Assembly: GCA_025558095.1 (NCBI GenBank)
Contig: JAIVFI010000018.1
Span: forward strand, 434,001 to 498,000
DNA from: Hyaloraphidium curvatum SAG 235-1
Taxonomy: Eukaryota > Fungi > Monoblepharomycota
Direction of reading: 5' to 3'
Length of the DNA stretch: 64,000 bases
Shown here: positions 1-14,108 of the stretch, one piece after another
How positions within the stretch are numbered: position 1 is the first letter of the stretch
How the letters are laid out: each line of letters starts with the position of its first letter
Position numbers and translations under genes: made by a program
Notes under the pieces: model-generated
Databases searched by the model: none
Seen by the model: only the letters and a program-made list of their open reading frames with translations
Told to the model about the DNA's origin: nothing

Positions 1-1
1 C

Positions 2-541
2 CAGTCCCGGTTTTACCGCGCGCCAGAAGTGATCTTGGGCGCGCAATACTCGAACGAGATCGACATGTGGTCGTTGGGCTGCATTCTGGCTGAGCTTTAC
101 ACCGGACAGCCTCTCTTTTGCGGACAGAACGAAGCAGATCAGATTTGCTCGATTCGGCACATACTCGGCCCCTTACCGGCTGCTTTGCTGGACAACGCCC
201 ATGCGGAGAAAATCCGCAAACTTGGGAAGGCTGTGGGGCATCCGGCTCCTCCTACGGGACCGTTACCACTCCGGAGCATCCAGCAGATTCTGGAGAGCCG
301 GTTCCGGGCCACTGTCGAGAACGGCATTGGGCCCGATGCCGAGCGCCGATCGGCTGACTTCGCCGTTTTCGTTGACTTGATCGAACGACTCTTGCGGTTG
401 GACCCCAAGCAACGGTTACAGCCTGTGGAGGCTCTCCTGCACCCCTTTTTCCGACCGGCTCCGCCGGCTCAATCTGCGACGCGAAACGGCGCAACGGCGG
501 CAACGCTGCGACCCGCCGGCCATCTTCGTCAGGATCAATGA
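2..541 (+). CDS. DYRK/CMGC-family protein kinase, C-terminal part (5' end outside window)
   Basis: QSRFYRAPEVILG..Y...IDMWSLGCILAELYTGQPLF (subdomains VIII-IX, DYRK-type) and LLRLDPKQRL...EALLHPF (subdomain XI); stop at 539-541. Confidence 0.9.
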   Translation, partial: QSRFYRAPEVILGAQYSNEIDMWSLGCILAELYTGQPLFCGQNEADQICSIRHILGPLPAALLDNAHAEKIRKLGKAVGHPAPPTGPLPLRSIQQILESRFRATVENGIGPDAERRSADFAVFVDLIERLLRLDPKQRLQPVEALLHPFFRPAPPAQSATRNGATAATLRPAGHLRQDQ

Positions 542-692
542 CTGGCACTGTTTGCCGACTTTGTCTTTAGTCTCCTGTCTTCTCTAGAGTGTACCCGAGA
601 GACTAGATCGGGCGCCTTGGGGCGTGTGAAAACGTGCCGAGCTGATCACCACCGCCGTGCAACCATTCTAACATCGGACCCGGCACGCGGAA

Positions 693-2728
693 ATGGTCCA
701 CGACGCGCCTGGCGCGCCCGCGGGCGGCACCGACACCGCCATGGACGTCGATGCAAAAGTGGACGACGCGCAGGGGGCGACCGAGGGCACTGCGGAGAGC
801 AGCTCGCTCGTCATGGTCGTGGCCGGTACGCAAGCCCTGTACCTGGCAAGGCTTCGCCTCACGCGTCAATGCGGCGGCAGATATCCGTCAGAATGTGACA
901 TTGATTGAAAAGGCGGTTTCGACTATCGAGTCGCGCTTCACGACGCGTGCGCTCCGGAACACCGCGTCCGTGCGGAGGAGGCTGTCGCCAGAGATCTTGT
1001 CGTTTGCCGTGTCTTCCCTTCTGCCCACCGGTATTCCTGGTTTGTACCTCTTGCGTTGCTAAGGATCTGACCGATTGGGCGGTGGCAGACAACACCACGA
1101 GGCAAAAGCTGCTCGCGGCGCTCGAGGAGGTTCGCCAACATGGCAACACACGTCCGTTCCTACTCATTCTGCGATCCCAGAGTAAATCGGATTCCATGGA
1201 CACTGGAGGCAGTGCGGCGCAGGTCACGCCTCCGAAGCAAGTCTCTCCGGAGAGTGAGGTTTACCTCGGCCTTCTCGTCGTCATCTGTTTCCACGACAGT
1301 AAGAAGTTCAACGAGGTTGGTACACGAGGCTACGAGGATCCGCTACGACCTTTAACTTGCGATTCAGGGGCTTCGTCTTTCGGGAGATCTCATCGAGCTC
1401 ACGAGCAGCCTGAACCGGCGGACGATGGATCAGCTGGCGGCCCGGCTGTACTACTACCACGCCCGCTTTTTCGAGCTGTTGGGAAAGCTTTCGGAAGTCC
1501 GAGGGTGGGCCCATCGAGCTCTGTTGTTCCATTGGTGGCCTGACCGCGGCCGCAGCACCCTCCTCGCAGCACATCGGACGGCTACCTTGAGACGTGACGA
1601 GGATTGCCAGGCAACCCTGATGAACCTACTGCTGCGCAATTACCTGCACTACAACCTGTACGATCAGGCCGACAAGCTGGTGTCCAAGTCGGTCTTTCCT
1701 GAATCGGCGAACAACAACCAGCTCGCAAGATACATGTACTACCTCGGACGCATCCGCGCCATCCAGCTCGACTACACGTCGTCCCATCGTTTTCTCCAGC
1801 AAGCCATCCGTAAAGCACCGCAGAATGCAGCGACCGTCGGCTTCCTGCAGACGGTAGGTATGTTCGGCTTGCCTCCGGCCGTCCCTCACAGTTTGCCGGC
1901 AGACGCACAAGCTGTCAATAATCGTCCAGCTGCTCATGGGCGAGATACCGGACAGGGCCATCTTTCGGCACCCGCAGCTGCGGAAGGCTCTCGTGCCTTA
2001 CTTCCATATCACGCAAGGTGAGATGAAGTTCTCCGTCTGGAGCCCAGGGCTCATCGCTTTGCAGCCGTCCGGGTCGGGGACCTTGCGAAGTTCCAAGACG
2101 CATTGACAAAGAACGCATCCGTATTTCAAACGGACAACACTTTCAAACTGATTCTTCGGTGAGGGCTGCCCACCGGGCTGCGCCGCCGCGGACTCACGCC
2201 TCTCCAAGCCTGCGACACAACGTCATCAAGACGGGTGTACGGATGATTTCGCTGTCGTACTCGTGCATTTCCTTGCGCGACATTTGCCTGAAGCTGCAGC
2301 TGGACAGCGAGGAGGATGCCGAGTACATCGTGGCAAAGGTGGAGACCGGGTGCTCGCTTGGCATTGATACCCTTGGCTCACTCAATGGCAGGCGATCCGC
2401 GACGGGGTCATCGATGCAAGCATCGATCATGAGAAAGGATACATGAAGTCCAGGGAGAACGTCGACGTCTACTCCACGAACGAGCCGCAGACCGCCTTCA
2501 ACTCTCGCATCGCCTTCTGCCTCAACCTCCACAACGAATCCGTCAAGGTGGGTGTTCCGGTAGCCGTCGCTGCGAGCTGCAGCCAACCTTTTTGGCCAGG
2601 CCATGCGTTTCCCTTCGAATGCGTATCGGAAGGAGCTGGGAACGCTGGACGAGATGATGGAGGAGGAGAAGAAGCTGGCGAAGGAGATCGTCGATGGCGA
2701 GCTTGGAGATGAGGACGAGGATTTCTAG
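693..2728 (+). CDS. RPN3: 26S proteasome lid subunit Rpn3/PSMD3 (multi-exon)
   Basis: [50 protein letters not shown]; [18 protein letters not shown]; [28 protein letters not shown]; short GT-AG introns; TAG at 2726-2728. Confidence 0.95.
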
Positions 2729-2873
2729 ATAGATACCCAGCTCGTCCAGATCGGGGGCGTGTTGCTCGTCCGAGTGGAAGTGAGGGGAGGGGGCGGGTGT
2801 GACTGGCCCTGCCGGCCAGCCCCGCGCCTCGCGTCTCACGTTTCCATCGCGCCCCGACGCGCTGCTACCCCAC

Positions 2874-4821
<1,948 letters not shown>

Positions 4822-4942
4822 TAGCTCTCGGACCTTTAAGCCCGCCGATGTACCATGATGCAGCAAAAGCTGCGGAACAAGCGTCAGCGGCATTGTGGTG
4901 CCGGGCCGCGTTCACGTTCTTGTCCCGTCCCCAGAACACACT

Positions 4943-6648
4943 ATGAACTTGCAGCCCGCGGACCTTCGCAGCGCGGTTGCCCGCCAAGATGGCGACCTGG
5001 TCGCGGCTTTTTTCGATCCGCTGCCCAGGATTGCGGCGGACCGAACCGGCGCGCGCAGGGGCGCGACGGCTGTCCCCAGCGTGCGTCCCGAATCCCAGGG
5101 CGGCGTCTCGGTCGCCTGAATCGCAGTCGCTTCGTAGACGCAATGGGAAGACGCGGTTCCGGACTACTTCAAAGGAACGATGCGGAATCATTGGCGACTG
5201 GTGAACGACACGGACTTTGCCGACGCTGTCGCCGTCCACGAGGGTATCGCTCGCGTCTACGAGTACGTCTTTTCGGCGGACTGAGGGTACCCATGACGAC
5301 GACTTGCTGTCAGGGCGTTCGTCGGAGGCGTTTTCGGTTCGAACTACTTCGCCGCTTGGCATGTTGCGACGTTGAAGGTCCTTGCGAGGAGCTTGGCCAG
5401 CACCGCCTGGAAGGTAGAAGTCCATCTTGGGCAGCGGCGTCCCTAGATCTCTGATGGCCGCGCAGGCAGATGCTGCTCTCGTAAGGGCACGCCAGCGCCC
5501 ATCCAAGGCCAAGAACCTCAGCCAGTTCTTCCAGAACACGTTTCGGATTATCAACAGTCCGTCGGGGCAGTTATCGCGGCGAGTTGTGCTGCTTTGGATC
5601 AGCAATTTGATGTTGCAGCAGTACCTGAGGGTCGGTGTTGCTTTACTCTGTAGATTGGTGCTTGGGGGCTAACCAGCCTGCCATACCTTCCTCGTAGCTC
5701 GGGGCGCTAAAGCTCTGTGAAGGGCTGATAGCCTCGCTGAAGTCCATGAAGATGGACCTTTCCGAGTACTCGAGCTCGGAACACGTGGCGTTCAGATACT
5801 GGCTCGGCAGGATGCGGGTCATTCAGAACCACTTTCGACCGGTAAGCTGATGGATCCCCCACGACGTTTGGCCTATACTGAAACTATCCAAGGCTGCCGC
5901 GAACCTCGAAGATGCCCTTCGACGATGCCCAAGGGGCCGCATTAGGGCCAGAAGGTAGGAATCGCGCGACCGATCGCTACACCACATAAACGATGCCTGC
6001 GGGACCCCAGGAAGATCTTTTTCTACCTCGCACTCTCGCGGCTGGTTCTCGGTCAGCCACCACCGGCTTCCCTGGTTGCAAAGTACGGCTTTGGCGACCA
6101 CCTCGGCGAGGGTATGGTTGGCGCCTGGAAGCGAGGCAACTTCTCTGCATTCAAGGCCGAGGTCGACCGGGACGCGGGCTTTTGGCTACGAAAAGGCTGC
6201 TACTACGTCGTGACGGAGCGCACAAAGATGGGCATGTTCCGGAACCTCCTGCGGAACGTGTACGTGTGCGGCGCCCATCTCTGTAACCTCCAGCTTACAC
6301 GGCACATCAAACAGCATAGCCATCATTCGCAGCGAAGGAGGAGGCAGTCAGATGATCAGCCTGGCAAGCTGCCTCGCCGCGTGTCATGCCGCCGGTCTCT
6401 CCGACTTCACCGTCGACGACATCGAGGACACCGTGGTCTCGCTGATCGAGCTGGTAAGTGCCGACCCGTGCTCATAGAAAATGCCCGGCCGTGATCAGAA
6501 AGCATTTTTCCGCCAGGGCATGGTCCGCGGGTACCTGCACCACGAGCGCGGCGTCCTCGTAATCAAGTCAGGCGCGCCCCTGGAGGCCGTGCTTCCGGAC
6601 CCGATACGCCCCGGTTTGGCGTCGAGCGAGATGGACATTCCGCTGTAG
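4943..6648 (+). CDS. PCI-domain protein (PCID2/Csn12/Thp1-like), multi-exon
   Basis: LMLQQYLR..GALKL, EHVAFRYWLGR, last exon GMVRGYLHHERGVLVIK resembling the PCI C-terminal KGYISH..VL motif; spliced by eye. Confidence 0.7.
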
Positions 6649-6650
6649 GC

Positions 6651-6999
6651 TCAGAATCCCAGCTTGTCGACCGTCTCTCGTGTCATGAGTCCGCTAGGGA
6701 GCGAAGCGCGTCAGTGTCGCGACATCGCCGGCCGCAAGATGCTCCCACTTGTCCATCCTGCAGATCAGATACTGCTTCGACAGCTCTCTGCACGCCTGGC
6801 TCTCGGCCTTGTGGCTCTTGAGGCACTTGAGATACTGGGCCATTAGGTCGCGGCAGGTGCCTGGTGTCGCCTTCAGCACCCCGCAGGATGATGCGGGACC
6901 GGCGCTCGTAAACTCGCCTTGACGATCGAGCGGAAAGCTCCCGAGATCCGGTGGCGAGGGCCTGCTGAGCTCCGTGTGGCCGGGCGAGCCGAAACCCAT
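6651..6999 (-). CDS. COX19: Mitochondrial IMS twin-CX9C cytochrome c oxidase assembly factor
   Basis: PSPPDLGSFPLDRQG, CRDLMAQYLKC...CRELSKQYLICRMD, ends LMTRETVDKLGF*; two short introns. Confidence 0.9.
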
Positions 7000-7102
7000 T
7001 GTTGCGTTGGCGTCACCGCCCGCCCGCACTGCCGGCATGTGCGCCCAACGCGTCCGATCCCTCTCATGCCATATCAAATACACTTCGGAATACAGAATCG
7101 GT

Positions 7103-8511
7103 TCAGGCGGTCGGTTTCGACTCGCCCTCCTCCTCGTCGGCCGCGTCGGCCGGCACCGAATCCCAGACCCTCTCGCGATCGCCCTCGCCCGCCTCGCTGT
7201 CGCGCGGCCCCACCTCCTCCGCGCCGCCGTTCGGAGCTACCTTGGTGTCTGCATCGTCCTCCATCTGGCTGCTGACGCTCATGAGGTTGAGGTAGCCCTT
7301 GCCGCGCTTCTTCCTCCTCCACGGCGGGCGGTTCCAGTGCACGCCCTCCTTGTTGAGGAGGAACTGGAAGAGCAGCCCGGCCAGGCAGAAGCCCATGACG
7401 CCCCCGAGCATGCCGTAGACGCGGGGCGTGACGAGGTAGAAGAAGCCGGGAAGGCGGGCGTGCATGTACGACATGATGAGCACATCGAAGCCGGTGCGCA
7501 CAAACGCGTCGATCCCCATGATGGTGATGTAGGACCCCGTGATGGTGGTGCCGACAATGACCGAGGGGCGTTCAAAGACGAGCGGCAGGACGGCCAGCGT
7601 GAACGTGGGGATGACGAGCAGCGCGATCTGCCCGGGGCGAGAGGTGACGGTGCCCTGCGCAGGCCGGGACGGTGAGACCCGGGCCAGCCGATTGCGGGAC
7701 TAGAGCGCCTACCCCCGTCTTCCAGCCTTCGATGAAGAGCGCAAAGAAGAAGCCGCCCAGCGCGCCGATGAAGAACAGGCCCACGGGCCACAGGAACACG
7801 GTGCCCACGCCAAACACGATGCCAACGGCAAGCGACGCGCCGATAAAGAGGCCGCTCTCGCTCGCGACGTTGTAGCCGCCCGCGGGGCGGAAGTTGGCGA
7901 GCAAGACGTACATGAACATGGCTGCAGGGTTACGCCGATCATGAGCGGGAGACCGAGATCGGCGGCCCGGCGGCGGAACCCACTGCCGACCAGCAGCCCG
8001 GCGATGAACATCGACGCGCGGAAGTTGCGGTAGCCCAGGAAGCACCAGTAGAGGCCGCCCAGGAGGAGGACTATGCCCAGCGGGATGCGGATGGCCAGGT
8101 TGGGCGAGTACAGGTTGATGGGCACGGCGGCGGGCCGCGGCTTGGCGGGCGCGGTGGCGTTGGTTGGCCTGCGATCGATCGGGTCAGCGGCGATGCGGGC
8201 GGGGGGGCAGGGCGGACGCACGTATCGTCCGCGTCCGAATCGTCCCCGTCGCTGTCGTAATCCTCCAGCTGGCCCTCCAGACCCTCCTGATCGTCGTCGT
8301 CATCATCTTCGTCGTCCTCGTCTTCGTCGTCGTCGTCTGGATCGGTGTCCTGGCGGCGTGCGATGCGGGGGTGCGAAAGGGCACGCGCGGGGGAGCGCTC
8401 CGGCGCGGCAAGCGCGGCTCCCTGCGGCGCCGCAGCGCACAGTGCGACCAGCGCAAGCAGCACGGCCAGCAGCAGCAGTGCCGCCGCCGCTGGGCCGCGC
8501 CGTGCGGCCAT
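7103..8511 (-). CDS. Multi-pass membrane protein, DUF4203/TMEM198-like, with signal peptide and acidic N-terminal patch
   Basis: Signal peptide MAARRGPAAAALLLLAVLLALVALCAA; GLYWCFLGYRNFRASMFIAG; repeated Gly-rich hydrophobic helices; GTTITGSYITIMGIDAFVRTGF. Confidence 0.7.
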
Positions 8512-8673
8512 CGTGCGATGGGCCGTGGTGTGTCGCGGGTTGACCGGGTGCAATCGCTGGACCCACGAACGCAGCACGTCCGTCCCCGGCCCCGAACACC
8601 GTCGCCCGGCAAGGTGTTCGATCGCCCTTCGCTTCTGGAAGCGAATCGCGCCGGGCGGCTCGTGATCGGCGGG

Positions 8674-10423
8674 ATGGGCAGCCCGCGCACCCAAGGCCCT
8701 TCGCACCTCGCCCCCCCGCGCCTTGCGCTGGCGGCGCTTGCCCTCCTCCTGCTCGGTCTGGCAGGCTTTGGGCCGCTTTCGGCCCTGGCAAAAGCCGGCC
8801 GGGGCTCCGATGCGGCTTCGGCCGCCCAGCCGGCCGCCCCGTCGTGGTTTGAACGCGGCGCGGCGATTCTGGGGTGCGGCTCCCGCGCCCGCAGTCACAC
8901 CCCGCCTGACCCCTCCCTGCTCCAGCTTCGGCCCCCTGGCAAAGCGCAATGCCGGCGCTGATGTTGCATCGGCCGGGAAGCCCGCGTCACGGAAGCGGCG
9001 AGGTGCGTCGGCCTCGCCGGAACCGCTATCCCCATCCGATCCCGCTCACGGCCGCCAACCAACAGGGAAGCGGGACGGAGTGGCGTCGGCCAGCGCAAAG
9101 GCCGGCAGCAAAAAGTCCGCCGCCAAGAAGAAGAACGCGGGCAAGGGCACCAAGAAGGGGGCGAAGGCGGCGACCGCCTCGAAGGAGGCTACTGGCACAA
9201 AGGAGGCCGCCGGGACAAGGACTGGCAACGGCTCCAAAGCGACCAAGCACCCGAAAAAGGGCGCGGGCAAGGCTGCCACCGGGACGAGGAAGCAGGGGGG
9301 CAAGGCGCTGCAGACCGCGACAAAGTCCGTCGGCGGCAGCGAGCGCAGCACGGCCATCACCCACGAGTACCTGGCGGAGCTGCCCAAGCTAACGGAGGCG
9401 CAGAAGGACGAGGTGTTTTTCGAGGTGTTCGCAAGGCGCGTCCCGAGGTTCGACCTCCACGTGGACATGCTGTCGGATTGCGCCTCGCCGGGGAAGCAGG
9501 TCAAGGTGCGTCACCCAACCGCGCGTGCATCTTAACATCGACCGACATCGCCAACGTGATCCCCTTGCTCCAGTTTGACCTGCGGCGCGAGGACTCCTAC
9601 ATGAGGGCAAAAGACCACCTTGGCGTGAATGCCGAAGTTTGGGTAGGAAGCCGTCGCGCTCTCTGGTGGCGCCCTGCTCACGCCGGGCATCAGCTGCTGG
9701 TCAACAACATGAACGACCACAACCCCTTTGCAAAGGGCCGCACCATGAAGTTCAACTTTGGCGGTGAGCCCGGCAAAGAATTCCTGGTGCGCTCCTCCGT
9801 GGCTTTACCGCGTTCGGGAAGTTCTCACCCGCCGACTCCACCAGATCGACGAGAAAGCATCCCCCGGGGTCTACCAGATTACCGCGAACCAGCTGGTCAT
9901 CGGCACCGGACCCGAGAGCAACTCGAGCCGGCTTAACAACACCGACGCCGCCAAGCCCGAGTACATGGCCAGGGTAACGGCGATCGGCAACTTCCAAATC
10001 GTCACCAACTGCAACCCTGCGGAGGTGTTGCCCGAATGCCGTGGGTTCCATTGTTGGGCATGGCCGGCCGGTCGGAGCTGAATCCTCTCCCCACCAACAG
10101 GGCCACCTGTGAGCCAGCCCCCGCGAAAGAACGTCAAAGGCACGAAGAACGTCAAGGGCACCAAGAGCATCAAGGGCAAGACGGAAACCAAGCCGGCGGA
10201 CGATGTCTCGGATGATGACGACGACAGCGCAGAACCCACACGAACCGCAAAAGCCGCAGGCAGGAAGGCAACCGCCGCGGCTTCCGCGGACGACGACGGA
10301 GATGATGACGGGGAGGAAGAGTCGGCGGCGACCCGCAAGGCGACGCAGACGGCTCGCGCAAACACGAAGAAGGCCACGCAATCCGCGAAAGTGGGCGCGG
10401 ACCGGATCAGGATTAGGAACTAG
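8674..10423 (+). CDS. Hypothetical secreted Lys/Ala-rich protein with a central globular segment (multi-exon)
   Basis: Signal-like LALAALALLLLGLAGFGPLSALA; intron 8874-8925 joins it to the K-rich frame; further GT-AG introns; KNVKGT repeats near the end; no family recognised. Confidence 0.55.
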
Positions 10424-10478
10424 TTCGGCCTCTGCCACGTGGGAATGAGCTGTATATTGCCTGGAAATGGACGCTTCT

Positions 10479-11719
10479 TTATGCATCTGAATCCTGCTCC
10501 TCCACGTCCCGCTCCTTGACGGTGATGGACGGCGCAGGCTCGCGGTACGGCGGAGCCCGCCGACGCTGTTTCTGCATCTCCTCCCGAGGCACCCATCCTG
10601 GGATCACTGGCGTTAGTGGCCAGGCAATCGGGAGTGCAAGGCACGCCACAGACCGATCCTGTCATCCTCGTACGGCTTGTAGCGCGTGAAGCCCCTGCCC
10701 TTGACGGTCCTACCTGCGCTGTCCACGTATCTCCGCTGCGGCACCATGTCCGGCGGCGTTGCTCCTCTGCCGTTTTGAGGCGCCGGCGCGGCAGCACTGG
10801 CAGTTCCCTCGTTCCTCGTCTCCGCGGCAGCCTTCTTCGCAGCCCGCTTCGCCTCTTTCTTTCGCCGCTTCTCCTCCCGCTTGGCCTCCTTCTTTTCCTT
10901 CTTGAGTCGCTTCGCCTCTTTCTTCTCCCGCTTCCTCTTCTTCCGTTCGGCCTCGGAATCGCTGCTCGAGGCGGATCCGGATGTCGACCGCCTTCGATCG
11001 CGCCCCTTGCGTTCCTTTTCCGATCCGCTGTCCGATACGGACCTCGATCGCGAGCGTCTCCGCTTCCGCGAGTCGTCCGAAGATCCCGAGGCGGAGGCGG
11101 AGGAGCTGCTGGCGGAGCGGGAACGAGAACGTCCGCGCGCGGGTTTCGCCGCCGCTTCCTCCCTTCTCGGCACAGCCCGCGTTGCCAACTCCAGCTCTCC
11201 TGAGTGAATGACCAGGATCTCGTCTATCGGCCGATCTTTCGCATCCGTCTGCGTTTCTTCAATCCTCGTCACGACATCCTGCCCCGCCAGCACCTTTCCG
11301 ACCACGACGTGCTTGTCATCCAAGTGCGGAGTCGGCCGGGTGGTGATGAAGAGCTGGGATGTCGCCGTGTTGGGCCCGCGGTTGGCCATGGAGACCAAAA
11401 ACGGCTCGCTATGCTTCCTCGAGAAGCTCTCGTCCTCCAGAGGGCGACCGTAGATGGACTCTCCACCCTTTGCACCACCGGGTAGTTCTCCGAGCTGAAC
11501 CATGAAGTTCTTGATGACCCGGTGGAAACGAGACCCTTTGTAGTGGAGAGGGGCCCCGGAGATTTTCGAGAGGCCCCGTTCGCCCGAGCACAGGCATCTG
11601 ACGTTCTCCGCTGTTTTCGGAACCTCGTCCGAGTATAATTCGATGATTATCCTCCCGTACTTTTCCCGCCCGCCACCGGGAGCCGGACCTTCCACGTCCA
11701 GAAAGACTCGTGGCCGCAT
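10479..11719 (-). CDS. Cyclophilin-type PPIase with RS/K-rich tail (PPIG/CYP63-like)
   Basis: RPRVFLDV, VPKTAEN.RCLC.GE, LHYKGSRFHRVIKNFM, SMANRGPNT, HLDDKHVV; RS-rich tail and VKGRG motif; terminal intron with CTAAC branch gives a last exon ending at 10479. Confidence 0.88.
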
Positions 11720-11938
11720 TTCCGTGTTCGCAGGCAACGGAACACCTCCCCGGTCCGCCAAGCCGAGTCAGAAGTCGTGGTTTCCTCCCTTCTTTCGAGA
11801 ACGATGTGCTGTGTCCGGTCCACGTTCGCTCGCGCTTTTGCTGTATGTCAAGAAGCGGGTTTTGAGAGGTGATGTTGGTTGAAAGCAAAGCGACGTGGAA
11901 ATCAATTTGAATCGAGTACATCATTGCATGAGGAACAA

Positions 11939-13748
11939 TCACGTCGGCAGGGTCGGCTTCGCGTTGACGAGCTCATCCTGGTAGCTCCAGCGCCCCTCTG
12001 TGGAGCAGAGAAACGAGTCGTCAGGCTGGCAATGTAGCGGACTGCTCTCCAAGACCCACCTAGCAACCCTTTGGCAGTGTCCTCGAGGACAATCTCGCGC
12101 CTGCTCGCGCAGTAGACGGTCTTGTCGAGCACCTGCTGCCTCAGCTCGGCGATCTTGTCCGCCTCGATCGGCTTCTCCAGGAGCTCCGAAAGCTGCTCCA
12201 CGGCCATCTCCAAATCCCGCTGGTTGTCCTCGAAGAGCTCCGTCGCGTTGTTGCGAACCAGGTAGTACGCAAAGGCGTAGGTCCACTTCATGGTGTTGCG
12301 GCACTGCACCACCACCTCAACGCCCCGCTTGAGGAACTGAACCTCGATCCAGCTGAGCTCCGAGCTGCCCTGGATCTCCTCCATCTTCTTCTCCGTCTTG
12401 GTGTACATCTCCTTGTCCAGGCGCGCCGACTGCTCGTGGTTGGCGTAGCGGTTGTAGTACTGGGACGAAACGGGTCAGAGCTACCAAAGGCCAGCCGAAC
12501 GAGCGACATACGTGGAGGTAACGTTCCAGGGCGGCTCGCGATTTGGCCTGGGCGTCCCGCGCGTCCAGGCTGTTCTTCTCGTCGAAACGGTTGCAGTTGT
12601 ACCACTGCGTCCCGTGCTCCGCCCACGGGCCCGAGCAGACCCAGCAGAACTCGTATTTGCACCTCCTGCAGGTCATGTGGTTGCATCCACCGTTCTGCGG
12701 GACACATCAAGGGTCAACCCCTGCCATCACGCCTATCGACACTTGCATTCCCCACCTTCTCGATGGTCGCGTTGCACTTTGTGCACTCCTTCGTGTTGGC
12801 GCTGATCCAGTTTGCGGTTTCGGAGTCGTCCTGGCACTTCTTCAGCCACTTCTTCACGAGGAAGCACACGCAAGGCTGGTGGTCCGGCAGGCCGCAGCCG
12901 AAGCAGAAACGGTGCCCGCACTTGCAGGTCACGGTGGGCACCACGCTCGTCAGCTGCGCCTGCGGAACGTGGCATTCCACGGCGTATTCGCAGTTCGGGG
13001 CCGGGCACCAGCGGTAAAACTCGTTGTCGTCGACGTAGGTTCGCAAGAGCAGGTTGTGGTACCTGTTGGGGGCGTCAGATCGCCGCTTCGTCCGCCGCGG
13101 GCATTCGACGGCGCACTTTTCCAGCACCCGCGGCTTGACGACCATCTCCACTGTCTTCTCGTCCACGATGAGCTTGCACTTCCCGTGCATGCACTGTATG
13201 CGCCGGCTCTCCCCTTCCTCCGTGATCTTCTGAGTCAGGTAGTGCTCGTAGCAATCCCGGCAGTAGCGGTGCCCGCACGACAGGGCCAAGGACTCCAGTC
13301 CCGGCTCGTCCGCGCAGCAAATGTCGCAGGCAAATCCGGAAACTTTCGTGTACCGCGGCCGTTTTGCGTCGTCGATGATGACCCCGGCCTCCGCGAGGAT
13401 GGCGTCGGGGTCGGCAAAGTACAGGTCCATGAAGCGCTCCTTGTTCCATTTGAAATGCCGGAGCAACGTCGCGGCATGCTCCGGGTTGCACCCCAGCAGG
13501 CCGGAAACCTGGGCGATCTCGGCCTCCTGGCCCGAAACAATGTCCTTGATGCTGTGCACCGTGAACTCGGTCTCGTAGCTCTTCTTCCGGTCCCGGTCCG
13601 CCACCACCGGGCTGAAGACTTCGTCGCTCACGACGTCGTCATCGCTGTCCTCAATCTCCAGCTCTCCGTCGTCCTCCTCGCCGGACATGTCGAAGTCGTC
13701 CGAGCCTTCCGAGTTTGCGAACTCCTGGACATCATCCTCCTCGTCCAT
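11939..13748 (-). CDS. Ariadne-family RBR E3 ubiquitin ligase (ARI1/HEL1-like)
   Basis: Acidic N-terminus; RING1 [14 protein letters not shown]; [10 protein letters not shown]; [17 protein letters not shown]; RING2 GCNHMTC; Ariadne domain [16 protein letters not shown]. Confidence 0.95.
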
Positions 13749-14108
13749 CGCCTTCCGTTTCTTCCCGGGAGCAGACGTCTCGGCGACGAGACGCGTCCCA
13801 GCGAGAAGCTCGCCGAGGAACGCCGCGCAGGAACGGGGGTCGGGTGCGCGAGAGGGTCACCAGACGCTGGCGCAATGGGACGCGTTCCGGCCGGTTCCGG
13901 AGCAGCCGAAGCCTTCGAAAGCTTTACATCAGCGTTTTAATCAGTCCAGGCGTGGAGATCTCTTACCGGCGCTCGTAGGGAGGGGGCCGGGGTTGGGCTC
14001 TGGGCGGTCGCCTTGGCAGATCGGTTGCATCATCCGTCAACAGGGTGATCCTGTATTCTGTCTCCAGGTATCATTGGTATTGGCACTGCAATCATCTACA
14101 ACGCCACA

